Assembly: GCA_964035545.1 (NCBI GenBank)
Contig: OZ037770.1
Location: 186,001-250,000 of the forward strand
DNA length: 64,000 bases
Direction of reading: 5' to 3'
DNA from: Bugula neritina
Lineage: Eukaryota; Animalia; Bryozoa
Shown: piece by piece, positions 36,001-47,580 of the stretch
How positions within the stretch are numbered: position 1 is the stretch's first letter
Layout of the letters: each line of letters begins with the position of its first letter
Notes under the pieces: generated by a model
The model's database searches: none
Told to the model about the DNA's origin: nothing
What the model saw: the letters and a program-made list of their open reading frames with translations, nothing else
Position numbers and translations under genes: made by a program

Positions 36001-39000
36001 ATAGGAGACACCATCTTCTCAACTGTGAGGAAGGCAGCCAGGTTGGCTGTGTACGACGAGACGATGAAGAGGGAAAATAACCACCAGAATCCGGCTAATG
36101 TACGGGTTGAGGTTGCTGTTGGTGCCACATCATATCCTGTTTAATGACGTCATATCCTGTTATATTATATACTATGAGTCATACTATAAACTATGAGTTA
36201 TACTATAAACTATGAGTTATACTATATACTATGAGTTATATACTATGAGTTATACTATATACTATGAGTTGTATACTATGAGTTATACTATATACTATGA
36301 GTTATACAATATACTATGAGTTATACTGTATACTATGAGTTATACTATATACTATGAGTTATACTATATACTATGAGTCATACTATATACTATGAGTCAT
36401 ACTATATACTATGAGTTATACTATATACTATGAGTTGTATACTATGAGTTATACTATATACTATGAGTTATACTATATACTATGAGTTGTATACTATGAG
36501 TCATACTATATACTATGAGTCATACTATATACTATGAGTCATACTATATACTATGAGTCACTCACCGACAGCAAACCAAAAGCTGTCCACCAGCGAGAGT
36601 CGACACTTGCGGAGAACGTGGCGAGACCCGGTGTCCTCGTCTACAATCACTCGCCTGAAACAGAACACGCAGGTAATTCTACAGTCTAAACCTACCTGCA
36701 GTACTAAGACTAAAGCTAGTTAAACTTGTCAGATGACTGAGTAGCTAAATGAGAAGCTGCAAGCTGATTGGCTAAGAGAAGGTCACCTGATGTGTTCATA
36801 GGGAGAGGTCCGGGACAGGAAGTAGAGGGTGAAGCTGATCATGACGTACGCCAGACAGACAAACACCCACGTCTCTACGGCTAACGGCTGCATGAAGGCA
36901 AACAGGCCAGGTGTCTCCTTTTTAGGTGCCTGCAATCATATACCTAGTAATATAACTATATAGTATATAACTATATATTATATTATATATTATATTATAT
37001 AGTATATTATATATATTATATTATATATAGTATATTATATAATATATTATATAGTATATTATATAGTAGGTGTCTGCAATCATATACCTGGCAATATAGC
37101 TATATAGTATATTACATAGTATATTATATATAGTATATTATATAGTATATTATATAAGTGTCTGCAATCAGTAATGTATACCTAGTAACTGTACTGTGGT
37201 GTAATGGTGAGCACACCTGCTTACAAGCCAGAGGTCTCGGGTTCGAATCCCAGTTGGAGCAAAAGTTTTATAATAAGATGAGTACATATTACATTATAAA
37301 TATATCATATCTACTTACCTTACATTATAAATATATCATATCTACTCACCTTATATTATAAATATATCATATACAATATATGCCAAGATATTCCAACTGA
37401 TAATATAATATCTACTGACCTTGTACAGTATGCTAATCCCAACATTCATAAATGGTTTGGTGAGATCAATCACCTGCTCTCTCTGGTAGTTGATTGTGAA
37501 GGATCCTAAGGCTAAGTCTGCCTTCTGCAAGTCACAATATAGACTATACAGTACTTATTAGGAGTTGTGTTACCACCACTCTGTCACAGAATAGAGTATA
37601 GACTATGGACTCACGCCGCTAGCGAGTTTGCCTGTCATGCCGCCCCACACATTGTTGTGATCTGGAACCCCGTAGCTGCAGTTCTCACAGATCTCTATGA
37701 CGTAAGAGAACTGTAGCATCCTGGAGATCTCGGCCAGCAGGTCTATGCAGAAACCGGCGTAACGTGCATTTCCTGTTTGTTGAGCGTGATCATTGGCTAA
37801 CACCAGGTAGGGTTCTTCCTGTACAAACAGTCCAGTGCAACCACATTATACTCTGTACTAACACTACTATATACTCTGTACTAACACTACTATATACTCT
37901 GTACTAACACTACTATATACTCTGTACTAACACTACTATATACTCTGTACTAACACTACTATATACTCTGTACTAACACTACTATATACTCGGTACTAAC
38001 ACTACTATATACTCTGTACTAACACTACTATATACTCTGTACTAACACTACTATATACTCTGTACTAACACTATTATATACTCTGTACTAACACTACTAT
38101 ATACTCTGTACTGACTCACTATGATCGCTGTGACAATCAAAGTCTGATTCTCTTTTACAGCCGTCTGCACAGGCACTGGGTTTTTCTGCTCACTGAGCTC
38201 TCCACCAATCTTCTTATACTCAGAATGCTAAAAGTTTAACCAAATATCTGGACATACAACTACTGACAGGAAACTGAAGATTTAGCGACAAATTGCTTGA
38301 CTAAAAGCATTCTATTTAGCCACACTTAGGGTGGTATACAGCCACTCCCCTCTCTTATACACTAAACAAAGGTTAAGCTAATAATTTAAGTATTCGAAAG
38401 ATTTGGTTTTTAAACAAGAAAAGACATGTGAAAATTAGATAATGAGGTAGTATATAGGATGTTGAGCTCATTGGTAAGAACAGCATTGTATTGCCACACA
38501 ATGTAAGCTACCTGAGAGACTACACAACTAACCTTGACAAGTCCTTGACCTTCAACTAGCCTGAGAACACTCACTGAATAGTCTTGTCTCCTACCAGACT
38601 CCAGCTTAACTGATCCACTCAACCCATTCATTGATATCTAAACATCATATAGCTGAATCAGTGAGTCGTATCCTAGCAACAGCTATACTAACTTCTGTAT
38701 CCTAGCAACAGCTATACTAACTCTCATATCCTAGCAACAGCTACACTAACTCTCATATCCTAGTAACAGCTACACTAACTTCCGTATCCTAGCAACAGCT
38801 ACACTAACTCTCGTATCCTAGCAACAGCTACACTAACTTATAAGAAAGTGAATAGCTTCAGTTCCACACTTACTGAGTTCATATAGTTGTATATGGTATG
38901 ACCGACCTCCAAACTCTGCTCACTTTCACAGGATGCCTGGTTTATCACCAAGTCATACCCATTCTGAACATTCTGCATGGCTTTCATAAACATACTTACA

Positions 39001-42000
39001 GCATCACATAGCAGAAGAGAGGCAACCTGTATGAGTAATACAAGGTATCAGTACGAGTAATACAAGGTATCAGTATGAGTAATACAAGGTATCAGTATGA
39101 GTAATACAATGTGTCAGTACGAATAATACGATGTATCAGTATGAGTAATACAGGGTATCAGTATGAGTAATACAATGTATCAGTATGAGTAATACAAAGT
39201 ATCAGTATGAGTAATACAGGGTATCAGTATGAGTAATACAAGGTATCAGTATGAGTAATACAATGTATCAGTACGAGTAATACAAGGTATCAGTATGAGT
39301 AATACAAGGTATCAGTATAAGTAATACAAGGTATCAGTATGAGTAATACAAGGTATCAGTATGAGTAATACAATGTACCAGTATGAGTAATACAAGGTAT
39401 CAGTATGAGTAATACAAGGTATCAGTATGAGTAATACAATGTATCAGTACGAGTAATACAAGGTATCAGTATGAGTAATACAAGGTATCAGTATAAGTAA
39501 TACAAGGTATCAGTATGAGTAATACAAGGTATCAGTATGAGTAATACAATGTACCAGTATGAGTAATACAAGGTATCAGTATGAGTAATACAAGGTATCA
39601 GTATGAGTAATACAATGTATCAGTATGAGTAATACAAGGTATCAGTATGAGTAATACAAGGTATCAGTATGAGTAATACAGGGTATCGGTATGAGTAATA
39701 CAGGGTATCGGTATGAGTATTAAAAAGTAATAAAAAGCACTGACTTACAGTCAAATTATTAGAGTTGACAAAAAGATTTTTGCCGGTTTCTTCAGAAAAA
39801 GACGCCATGTTGAAAAAATGAAGATCATTAGCCGAGTTGCTTTCCAGAATGGTGAATGTAATGATACTAGCTTCATTGTATTGGTAGGGAGACAAATCCA
39901 GTAGATGGCTGTCCTGTGTGGTATAGTGTATAGTATATAGTATACAGTATATGGTATATACTACACTGTACTACATTATATTATACTACATTATACACTG
40001 TGTGGTGGTTTCAATATAATCTATAAACTGAGTACCAAGTTGAGAAGTAGAAAACTCTGGTTCTTCTCCACCATCCCCTCCATCAAGGCCTGTAATGTAC
40101 ACAACACAGTGTCATGGCCGACTCTTTTCTCTTAAAGTTGTTACTGATGTGCCACACAATGATGTCTCACCACAACAACTACAGTGCTGAGTATATCAAC
40201 TACTACAGTGCCGAGTATATCAACCTACTACAGTGCCGAGTATATCAACTACTACAGTGCCGAGTATATCAACTACTACAGTGCCGAGTATATCAACTAC
40301 TACAGTGCCGAGTATATCAACTACTACAGTGCAGAGTATATCAACTACTACAGTGCCGAGTATATCAACTACTACAGTGCCGAGTATATCAACCTACCAC
40401 AGTGCTGAGTATATCAACCTACCACAGTGCCGAGTATATCAACCTACCACAGTGCTGAGTATATTAACTACTACAGTGCCGAGTATATCAACTACTACAG
40501 TGCCGAGTATATCAACTACTACAGTGCTGAGTATATCAATTACTACAGTGCTGAGTATATCAACTACTACAGTGCCGAGTATATCAACCTACTACATCCA
40601 AGAAGAGTTGAGTTTCTGCCAGAGGCATGTCCACCGCATATGCCATCCACTCGTCCCTCTTACTCCTTCTGAACAGCGCGTGCATCTCTTCAGCAGACGC
40701 TACTTCCTGTAGAAACACCTGGATGTGCCGCTTGGGGTTCATCAAGTGCCGTGAGAGTTGCACCATCCTCCTGAAACCTACTCAGCAGATATCAGCTGGG
40801 TGACTCATTGACTATTCACTCATTCACTCACTCACTCACTCACTCACTCATACACTTACTTACTCATTAACTCACTCAGTCACTCACTCACTCAGTCACT
40901 GACAAAGCTGACTCACCATTGTTACCATGATACACTCACTGACTCACCATTGTTACCATGATACACTAAGGCCAATCTGAATATTTCTTGGTCTATGATG
41001 ACTTTCAAAATACTTTCATCAATGTCAGGGTAGAAGTTCAATGTCATACCAAGGTTACTACTGGTAACTCTGTCTTCTCTCCCAATCTACAGATTAATAA
41101 TACTGAATAAATAAACCAAACTCGAGTCAACAAGATATACAAATATGTCAACTCTCAGAGTTATTAAGAGCCGAGGTCTATATTCTAGCGCCATTTTGTA
41201 AAACATCTGAAACTTTCTAAGCAGTAGTATATTTAAAAGCAGACGTAAGCTAATATTGTTACATTGCGTTGTGTCATGACTCAATGTCTGGTTTGGACAT
41301 ACAGGCGAACTCTTACTGTGATGTATGGAATATCCAGGTGAGACATCATTGACTCTATGTAACCATGGTTACTACTTGTATCAAACATGGCCAATAGCTT
41401 TCCACCTTCTATCACTTCACACACTGTCAAATATACAAATAGAAAAGAGGACAACTTCACGCATATAACGCAAAGCCTTATAACCTTAACGCAGTTTTAT
41501 TATTTCAAACGCTGGAATGTTGTCAACAAAAAGCAATATTCTACGCCCTTGTTTATAAATGTAAATTTTTACACCCTTGTTTATAAATGTAATATTTTAC
41601 ACCCAACTGTTAAGGAAGTAGCATTTTTAAATTAGAAAAACCATCTGTGGGCATATTTTAGAAAAATTAAAATTAATTTGGTCACATGTCAAATGAAATG
41701 AGTGGTTTCTATTAGAATGAGCAACTTCTTACATAAAACACACAACTGATAGATTGGCAGACCTCAGGATCGTAGTGTATACCTAATATGTTATAGAGAA
41801 ATAGTTTAAACAACTCCTTGTATAGTACAACACCAAGTACCTTTCTGTCCAATAGTAAATGTGTTATCCGACTTTGTTACATTGATGATGATTGGTAGAT
41901 ACTCCAGACTGGGGCCAATAGAGGCAGTTGTAAGAGCAAAGTCGACCATATTATGTGGGAGACAGCATTCTGACTCTGGCATGATGAAACCTACAGGTAA

Positions 42001-45000
42001 CAGCATCTTATGTGTTGAATCACCTGTTGAGACATGAAATAATGTGTTGAATTACCTGTTGAGACATGAAATAATGTGTTGAATTACCTGTTGAGACATG
42101 AAATAATGTGTTGAATTACCTGTTGAAACATGAAATAAAGTGTTGAATTACCTGTTGAGACATGAAATAATGTGTTGAATTTCCTGTTGAGACATGAAAT
42201 AATGTTTGTTTGTTTGTTTGTTTGGTTTATTTCATCAAAGGTATTTAATAACACAAGGACATTAGAAAATGCCAAGGAGGCGATGATGAGGCCCATTGCG
42301 CTATAGCCTAGCTAGTCATGCGCGGGCCAACACGAGCTGACAGCGACTCTATCCAGAAAAATACAAAAAAAATACAACTATTCTAACAGATAAAGCCTCA
42401 ACTTCCTCCCAAATTCATTAGGGTTGCTAATTGACCGTAAAGGGATTGGCAGTTCATTCCATAGTGCCACCTCCTGATAACAGTTTCTTCTGTGACCTGC
42501 TGCTGTTTGAGAGTGAGGAAGGGGGAGATTTATGAATGATTGACGTGTATTGATAGAGTGAGTGGGAAAAAAATTGTCAGAGTAGAAAAAAGAATGAGCT
42601 TTCTTTAACACTTTAAAACGGTAAATCTGGTATATTGAGAGAACTTTATGCTTAGTAAATAGAGGCGCTGATGGATGGTCAAACGGTTTTTTGTTCATGA
42701 TACGCATTACCTTTTTTTGAAAAATAAAAATCTTGTTTAGATGGGTATTAGCTGCATTTCCCCAGGCCTCTGCACAATAATTTAACTTGGAATTGATGAA
42801 AGAATTATATATCAAAAGTAAAATTTTTTGAGGGAGATATTCAGAACATCGGTATATTAATCCACTAAGTGGTCGTAATTTTGTAAGTAGGTTTGAGATG
42901 TGCAAGCTCCAATTTAAATTTTTATCTATTTGTACACCTAGAAAAGTTATGCTGTTAGAGTAATTTATAGGTCTTTTATTTAATAATATACAGTTTTCTA
43001 GAATTTGAAAAGGATTTTGGTAGTTTTTTAAAACAATATAGTTGCATTTTTCATAGTTTATAGTGAGTTTGTTTTTATTGCACCAAATTGACAGAGAGTT
43101 TAGATCTTGATTTATAGCTTCCAAATGGGAGTTCAAATCTTTTGATTCAAAAAATAAATTAGTGTCGTCGGCATAGAAAATGGGATTAAAAAGTTTAAAT
43201 TGTTGAGCAAGATCGTTTATATATATCAAAAATAAGGTAGGGCCCAAGACAGATCCCTGGGGAACCCCACAGGTCACTGATCGTGAACTTGATAAGGTTG
43301 CATTTACTAGTGTGGAATGACTTCGGTTTGATAGGTAGTTAGCAACCCATGACACTGTGGATTCACTAAAACCAAGTTTTCTCATTTTTGCAAGTAAAAT
43401 ATTGTGATTTATAGTGTCAAAAGCCTTACTAAAATCTATAAAAATTCCGAGAACGCAATTTCCATTGTTAAAAGCTTCGAGCGTATTATTTTTAAATTTA
43501 ACAACAGCATCTGCAGTACTTAAATTTTTTCGAAAGCCATATTGATTCTTAGAAATCAAATTTTTAGATTCTAAAAAGTTTAAAATTTGATTGTTAACAA
43601 TTTTTTCAAGTATTTTACTAAAAATGGGGAGGATTGAAATAGGGCGGTAGTTTTCACATCTGTCATGAGAACCTTTTTTGTAGAATGGTAATATTTTAGC
43701 AGTTTTAATTTGCGCTGGAACAATTTTTTCTTCTATGCTTTTGTTAAATAAATAGGCAAGTGGTGTAGATAGTGAAATTTTGCAAAATTTGATAAGTTTA
43801 GTCGGGATATTGTCTAAACCTATAGCTTTCTTGGAATCTAGTTTTTCAATGATCTCAATTATTTGAGATTCATCAGTTTTTTTTAAATGAAATTCTTCTT
43901 TAGTAATATTTGTCAGCATTGAGTAGGTATCGGAGTTCGAATTTGTAAAATTTGAAGCTAGTTTTTGGGCTATTGTTGAAAAATACAGATTGAAATTGTT
44001 AGCTATATCCATATTGCTATCTAGCATGGTTTCAGAGTCCTCAACCGAATACAGTTTTGATGAAAAGCATCTTTTGTTTAGTTTGGCTTTCCCTGTTTGT
44101 TCATTTATAAGTACCCAAAGCTGCGAACTGTTACAATTGCTAATAAAAGCTTTAAAATAATCATATTTAGCGGTTCTCAGATCAGCATTCAAATTATTTC
44201 TAAAAGCATTATATCTTTTTAAAATCTTTTTATTCAGGGGTGCTTTTTTCACTCGTTTGTGAAGTGCATATTTCTTTTTGATTTGAGTTAAAAGATGTTC
44301 AGTAATCCATGGTTTTTGTGCAAACTTTTTAGAAGGCCTATTGTTTTCAATAGTCTGTGAACAACTTTCAATGAGAAATTTTAGTCTAGTAATAAATATA
44401 TCATAGTTTACTTCACAATTTTGTGAGTCATCAAAGAGCTTCAACCAGCAAAATGAGTTTATCTTGGAAACTAGTTTGGAATAATTAATAGTTCTATACA
44501 TATCATCTGAGACAATATTAGTTCTATTTGAACAATTCAGTTGAAACGTCACAAAAGTGGGTAGGTGGTCACTCAAATCTGACTCAATGGTTCCAGATTT
44601 ACCGTTTATGCAAGAGAAGTTTAGAAGGATATGATCTAAACAGCTAGCTCGTGACGATGAGATTCTAGTTGGGAGAGTGATAGCATTGTAAAAGGCATAG
44701 GTAGAAATAGTGGTGGAATAAGTGTCACTTACATTCATGTCAAGGGTATCTATATTGATGTCACCTACTACAATATGGGGAGAAGAATCATGGGAAATAT
44801 AAGCCTCCAGGTCACTAAGAAACGCATCAGTGGAGGAAGCACCGGGCTGCCTGTATATAATTGTGAGTCTGAAATGGGAAGACTTTGAGGCCTGACTGTG
44901 TAGAACAAGTGAGAGGACGTCTGCTCCAGACAGCGAAACAGCCTTCGTGTCGGCCCCCAGGCCACACCGCACATAGGCCCCAACACCACCTCCTCTACCC

Positions 45001-46412
45001 AGTCTCTGACTACCTACAAAATCATAACCTTCAAGTTTAAAAAATTGAATTTCATCATCATTTAGCCAAGTTTCAGTTAAACAAATTACATCAAAGGGGT
45101 TAGAAAAAGTGTTCAAAAAATATTCAAAATGTGAAAATTTATTTCTAATGCTTTGAATATTAAAGTTAAGAAGAGAGAAAGTTGAATTATTTACTTCTAG
45201 TTTGTTAAAAGAAAAGATGTCGTATGCTGTGCAGTTAATTTCATGCATTTTGCAAAAGATAACTTAGCAGTTTAAGTTAAATACAAAAGTGAGGTACACT
45301 AAACACATTTCAGGTTCTCGAGATCATTTACATCATTTATTTGGATAGCCTCCGAGTCAGGTGTTCTGCGCAAGTAAATTCGTTGGGCAAATGTCCAAAC
45401 ATACTTATAGTTGTTTGATTTTTTGAAGTTTCTGGTTTTCCAAAAAAGGTCCCTTTGCTTACTACTGAGAACCTCGTTAATAAATATTTTGGAATCTGTT
45501 TGAAAACCTAATTGTTTTGTTGACATAATACTTTTACGATAAGTGTGGAAGAATGTATCTCTTTTATTGGTGTGAACAAACTTAACCACGATGCGCTTGG
45601 TTTGTCGAATTCTATAGATTTTATCAATGTCTTGTGTAGTTGATATTGAGGTCATTTTTAGATTTTTGATGATTCTATCAAAACCAGTCATTAGGTCTTC
45701 ATCTTTGTTGTATTCAATACCATTTAACTCGACGCACTTTGCTCTCTCATGGTGTTCAGATGTCTCTATTCTCTCATCAAGAGACTTGTACTCCTCCAGT
45801 TTTTGTTCAACGTGTTTGACAGAATTTTCAATCCTTGAGATATTGTAGTCATTTTTCCTAGTTTCTTGATGTACGAATTCCAGGGACTTTTCGAATTCTT
45901 TTTGAGTATTCTCAATAGCTGTCAGCCTTGATTTGATACTGGAGAATTCACTCAAAACCAGATCTAGTTTGTTGTCCAGTGTTTTTAGAGTCACCTCATC
46001 TTCTGAGGTAGACTTAGTTGATCTAGTAGAACGCATTGTGAAATATTTGTGATAAGTTTATACAAGCTTCAAAAATGTTGGAAAAAGCTAATGCATTTAA
46101 ACAGCTATGTAAGAGAGCTCTGTAAACACAACCTCTCTCAGCGAAAGCCAACTGCCAACTGCCATGTGTTGAATCACCTGTTGAAATACAAATTATACCT
46201 GCACTACTGGAGATTTACACTACCTAATAAACCAACAGCTGCTAATATAAATGATAAATTCTCACTTCTGTAGAGAAATTGCTGTGTTGGGTTAGAGAAC
46301 TCTTAGGTAACTTACTCTCACCTAGTCTGAACACCTGAGCGCTGCACCAGCATGCAGGTAGAGATAATACCATAAATAAACCAAACCTCCACATGGTACC
46401 AGCAGACGTCAT
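33080..46412 (-). CDS. Ionotropic glutamate receptor, kainate/AMPA-type, about 20 exons
   Basis: Signal-peptide exon 46322-46412; ATD exons from 41841-41990 downward; S1 [10 protein letters not shown]...WGGMTGKL and [33 protein letters not shown]; M1 [14 protein letters not shown]; M3 [11 protein letters not shown] (35919-36136); S2 [26 protein letters not shown]; M4 [12 protein letters not shown]. The last-exon acceptor is ambiguous (stop at 33080, 33192 or 33208). Confidence 0.9.
33247..33455. repeat. About 34-bp intronic minisatellite (cttagtaacatagctactaccacaccacactc-type)
   Basis: Direct. Confidence 0.9.
34040..35036. repeat. 11-bp intronic minisatellite (gtgtagttagt), about 1 kb
   Basis: Fills the intron almost end to end. 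Confidence 0.97.
35390..35917. repeat. 21-bp intronic minisatellite (tacagtacatagagtatatac) with an internal inverted block
   Basis: Runs from acceptor to donor; about 3 units are inverted at 35588-35650. Confidence 0.95.
36165..36560. repeat. About 19-bp minisatellite (tatactatgagttatacta) filling the iGluR pore-loop intron
   Basis: Direct. Confidence 0.95.
37191..37261 (+). pseudogene. tRNA-Val(TAC)-like pseudogene or tRNA-derived SINE head
   Basis: A box TGGTGTAATGG, B box GGTTCGAATCC and TAC in the loop position; acceptor and anticodon stems pair poorly. Confidence 0.6.
37845..38840. repeat. Two intronic arrays: 23-bp (37845-38112) and about 29-bp (38668-38840)
   Basis: Direct periodicity. 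Confidence 0.9.
39030..39720. repeat. 22-bp intronic minisatellite (agtatgagtaatacaaggtatc)
   Basis: About 31 copies running into the acceptor at 39028. Confidence 0.95.
40175..40592. repeat. 24-bp intronic minisatellite (tacagtgccgagtatatcaactac)
   Basis: Direct; abuts the donor. Confidence 0.95.
42009..42205. repeat. 32-bp minisatellite (atgtgttgaattacctgttgagacatgaaata) interrupted by the LINE; remainder at 46164-46186
   Basis: 6 copies on the left; the unit resumes immediately beyond the LINE 5' end. Confidence 0.9.
42378..45248 (-). CDS. LINE ORF2: apurinic-like endonuclease plus reverse transcriptase (956 aa)
   Basis: APE motifs [28 protein letters not shown]; RT motifs [41 protein letters not shown]; uninterrupted. 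Confidence 0.97.
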   Translation of the reverse strand: MHEINCTAYDIFSFNKLEVNNSTFSLLNFNIQSIRNKFSHFEYFLNTFSNPFDVICLTETWLNDDEIQFFKLEGYDFVGSQRLGRGGGVGAYVRCGLGADTKAVSLSGADVLSLVLHSQASKSSHFRLTIIYRQPGASSTDAFLSDLEAYISHDSSPHIVVGDINIDTLDMNVSDTYSTTISTYAFYNAITLPTRISSSRASCLDHILLNFSCINGKSGTIESDLSDHLPTFVTFQLNCSNRTNIVSDDMYRTINYSKLVSKINSFCWLKLFDDSQNCEVNYDIFITRLKFLIESCSQTIENNRPSKKFAQKPWITEHLLTQIKKKYALHKRVKKAPLNKKILKRYNAFRNNLNADLRTAKYDYFKAFISNCNSSQLWVLINEQTGKAKLNKRCFSSKLYSVEDSETMLDSNMDIANNFNLYFSTIAQKLASNFTNSNSDTYSMLTNITKEEFHLKKTDESQIIEIIEKLDSKKAIGLDNIPTKLIKFCKISLSTPLAYLFNKSIEEKIVPAQIKTAKILPFYKKGSHDRCENYRPISILPIFSKILEKIVNNQILNFLESKNLISKNQYGFRKNLSTADAVVKFKNNTLEAFNNGNCVLGIFIDFSKAFDTINHNILLAKMRKLGFSESTVSWVANYLSNRSHSTLVNATLSSSRSVTCGVPQGSVLGPTLFLIYINDLAQQFKLFNPIFYADDTNLFFESKDLNSHLEAINQDLNSLSIWCNKNKLTINYEKCNYIVLKNYQNPFQILENCILLNKRPINYSNSITFLGVQIDKNLNWSLHISNLLTKLRPLSGLIYRCSEYLPQKILLLIYNSFINSKLNYCAEAWGNAANTHLNKIFIFQKKVMRIMNKKPFDHPSAPLFTKHKVLSIYQIYRFKVLKKAHSFFYSDNFFPTHSINTRQSFINLPLPHSQTAAGHRRNCYQEVALWNELPIPLRSISNPNEFGRKLRLYLLE
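45299..46036 (-). CDS. LINE ORF1 nucleic-acid chaperone (coiled coil plus RRM/CTD-like, 245 aa)
   Basis: N-terminal heptad coiled coil, then VELNGI, IVVKF, IFINEVL and YKYVWT motifs typical of CR1-type ORF1; lies upstream of ORF2. Confidence 0.88.
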   Translation of the reverse strand: MRSTRSTKSTSEDEVTLKTLDNKLDLVLSEFSSIKSRLTAIENTQKEFEKSLEFVHQETRKNDYNISRIENSVKHVEQKLEEYKSLDERIETSEHHERAKCVELNGIEYNKDEDLMTGFDRIIKNLKMTSISTTQDIDKIYRIRQTKRIVVKFVHTNKRDTFFHTYRKSIMSTKQLGFQTDSKIFINEVLSSKQRDLFWKTRNFKKSNNYKYVWTFAQRIYLRRTPDSEAIQINDVNDLENLKCV

Positions 46413-46705
46413 GCTAAACTAGAGAGCACTCTGGCTGTGTTCTCAAAGTATAGCTGAGAGCTCAGAAAGACAGAAGTGACAACACATTTGCGGAGGGGCT
46501 CCTACGTGTGCCGTAATGTGACGCAAAGTCCGAGCTAAGATAATCAAATATCTAAACTCAATCAGCAGATATTGATTACCTATAATTCAATCAGTAGAAA
46601 CTGACCTCTAACAAGACTTTACTCTACAGTAAGGAGACAGAAACATTGAGATCTAATCAACATAATTTAATACTCTAGTCTATGTACAACACAAGTCTCC
46701 TTGTA

Positions 46706-46930
46706 GACTTATAGTCACATGGTACGCTGACTTATGGTCACATGGTACGCTGACTTATGGTCACATGGTACGCTGACTTATGGTCACATGGTACGCTGAC
46801 TTATGGTCACATGGTACGCTGACTTATGGTCACATGGTACGCTGACTTATGGTCACATGGTACGCTGACTTATGGTCACATAGTACGCTGACTTATAGTC
46901 ACATGGTACGCTGACTTATGGTCACATGGT
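46706..46930. repeat. 23-bp minisatellite (gacttatggtcacatggtacgct)
   Basis: About 10 copies upstream of the iGluR start. Confidence 0.95.
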
Positions 46931-47449
46931 ACATGGTACATCTAGGCCATACAGATATATTGTTGTATTATATTATTATATCATATAGACTATAACATCA
47001 GCCACAGATATATCTGGTGTAGATACAACACTAATGAAGCCACACAACATAATTTCTCAGTCTATAGCCCTAAAGCTGCACATCACATGGGTGGACTGCA
47101 CACCGCCCCCTCCTAACCATCAGGCTGAGAAACCGTAATTAGTAATTTGCTGTGTACGTTGAGGGAAGTGGTTTGCATAATATAATATAATTATATTCCC
47201 GGCTGTCACTACAAGACTGTAAAGTCATTATAATATTCATTAGCTGAGGGATGAACAGAGTACATAGCCCTAGCTACCACAGTGTGTGTGTCAAGCTGGG
47301 AGTTGAAGAGGAGGTGGGCTACAGGCTTGTTGGATCACAAGCTAAGTCACGTCCCAAATACTCATTTATATTTAGGAAGTTAATTTCTGGAGATGATTTA
47401 ACAGAATAACATACACAGTGGCTCCTTTATGTGACGCTATAGCACCAGG

Positions 47450-47580
47450 CCAGTAGTACCGGGCCACTATAGTACTGGGCCACTATAGTACTGGGCCACT
47501 ATAGTCCTGGGCCACTAGTACCGGGCCACTAGTACCGGGCCACTATAGTCCTGGGCCAATAGTACCAGACCACTAGCACC
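47450..47580. repeat. Short tandem repeat (tagtactgggccacta-type)
   Basis: Direct. Confidence 0.85.

Larger units (their letters stand above)
42206..46163 (-). mobile_element. Full-length non-LTR retrotransposon (CR1/L2-like LINE) in iGluR intron 1
   Basis: About 127-bp 5' UTR, ORF1, 50-bp spacer, ORF2, short 3' UTR with AATAAA (42231-42226) and a (CAAA)n tail; flanks are two halves of one minisatellite unit with ATGT on both sides. Confidence 0.93.

Noticed and set aside
36131-36160. Upstream duplicated acceptor supplying the missing pore residues (YDVIKQ)
   Set aside because: It is 20 nt from the in-frame acceptor and shifts the frame; it would work only with an unobserved extra base.
37191-37261. 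Functional tRNA-Val gene
   Set aside because: Acceptor and anticodon stems do not pair properly; kept only as a pseudogene or SINE-like feature.
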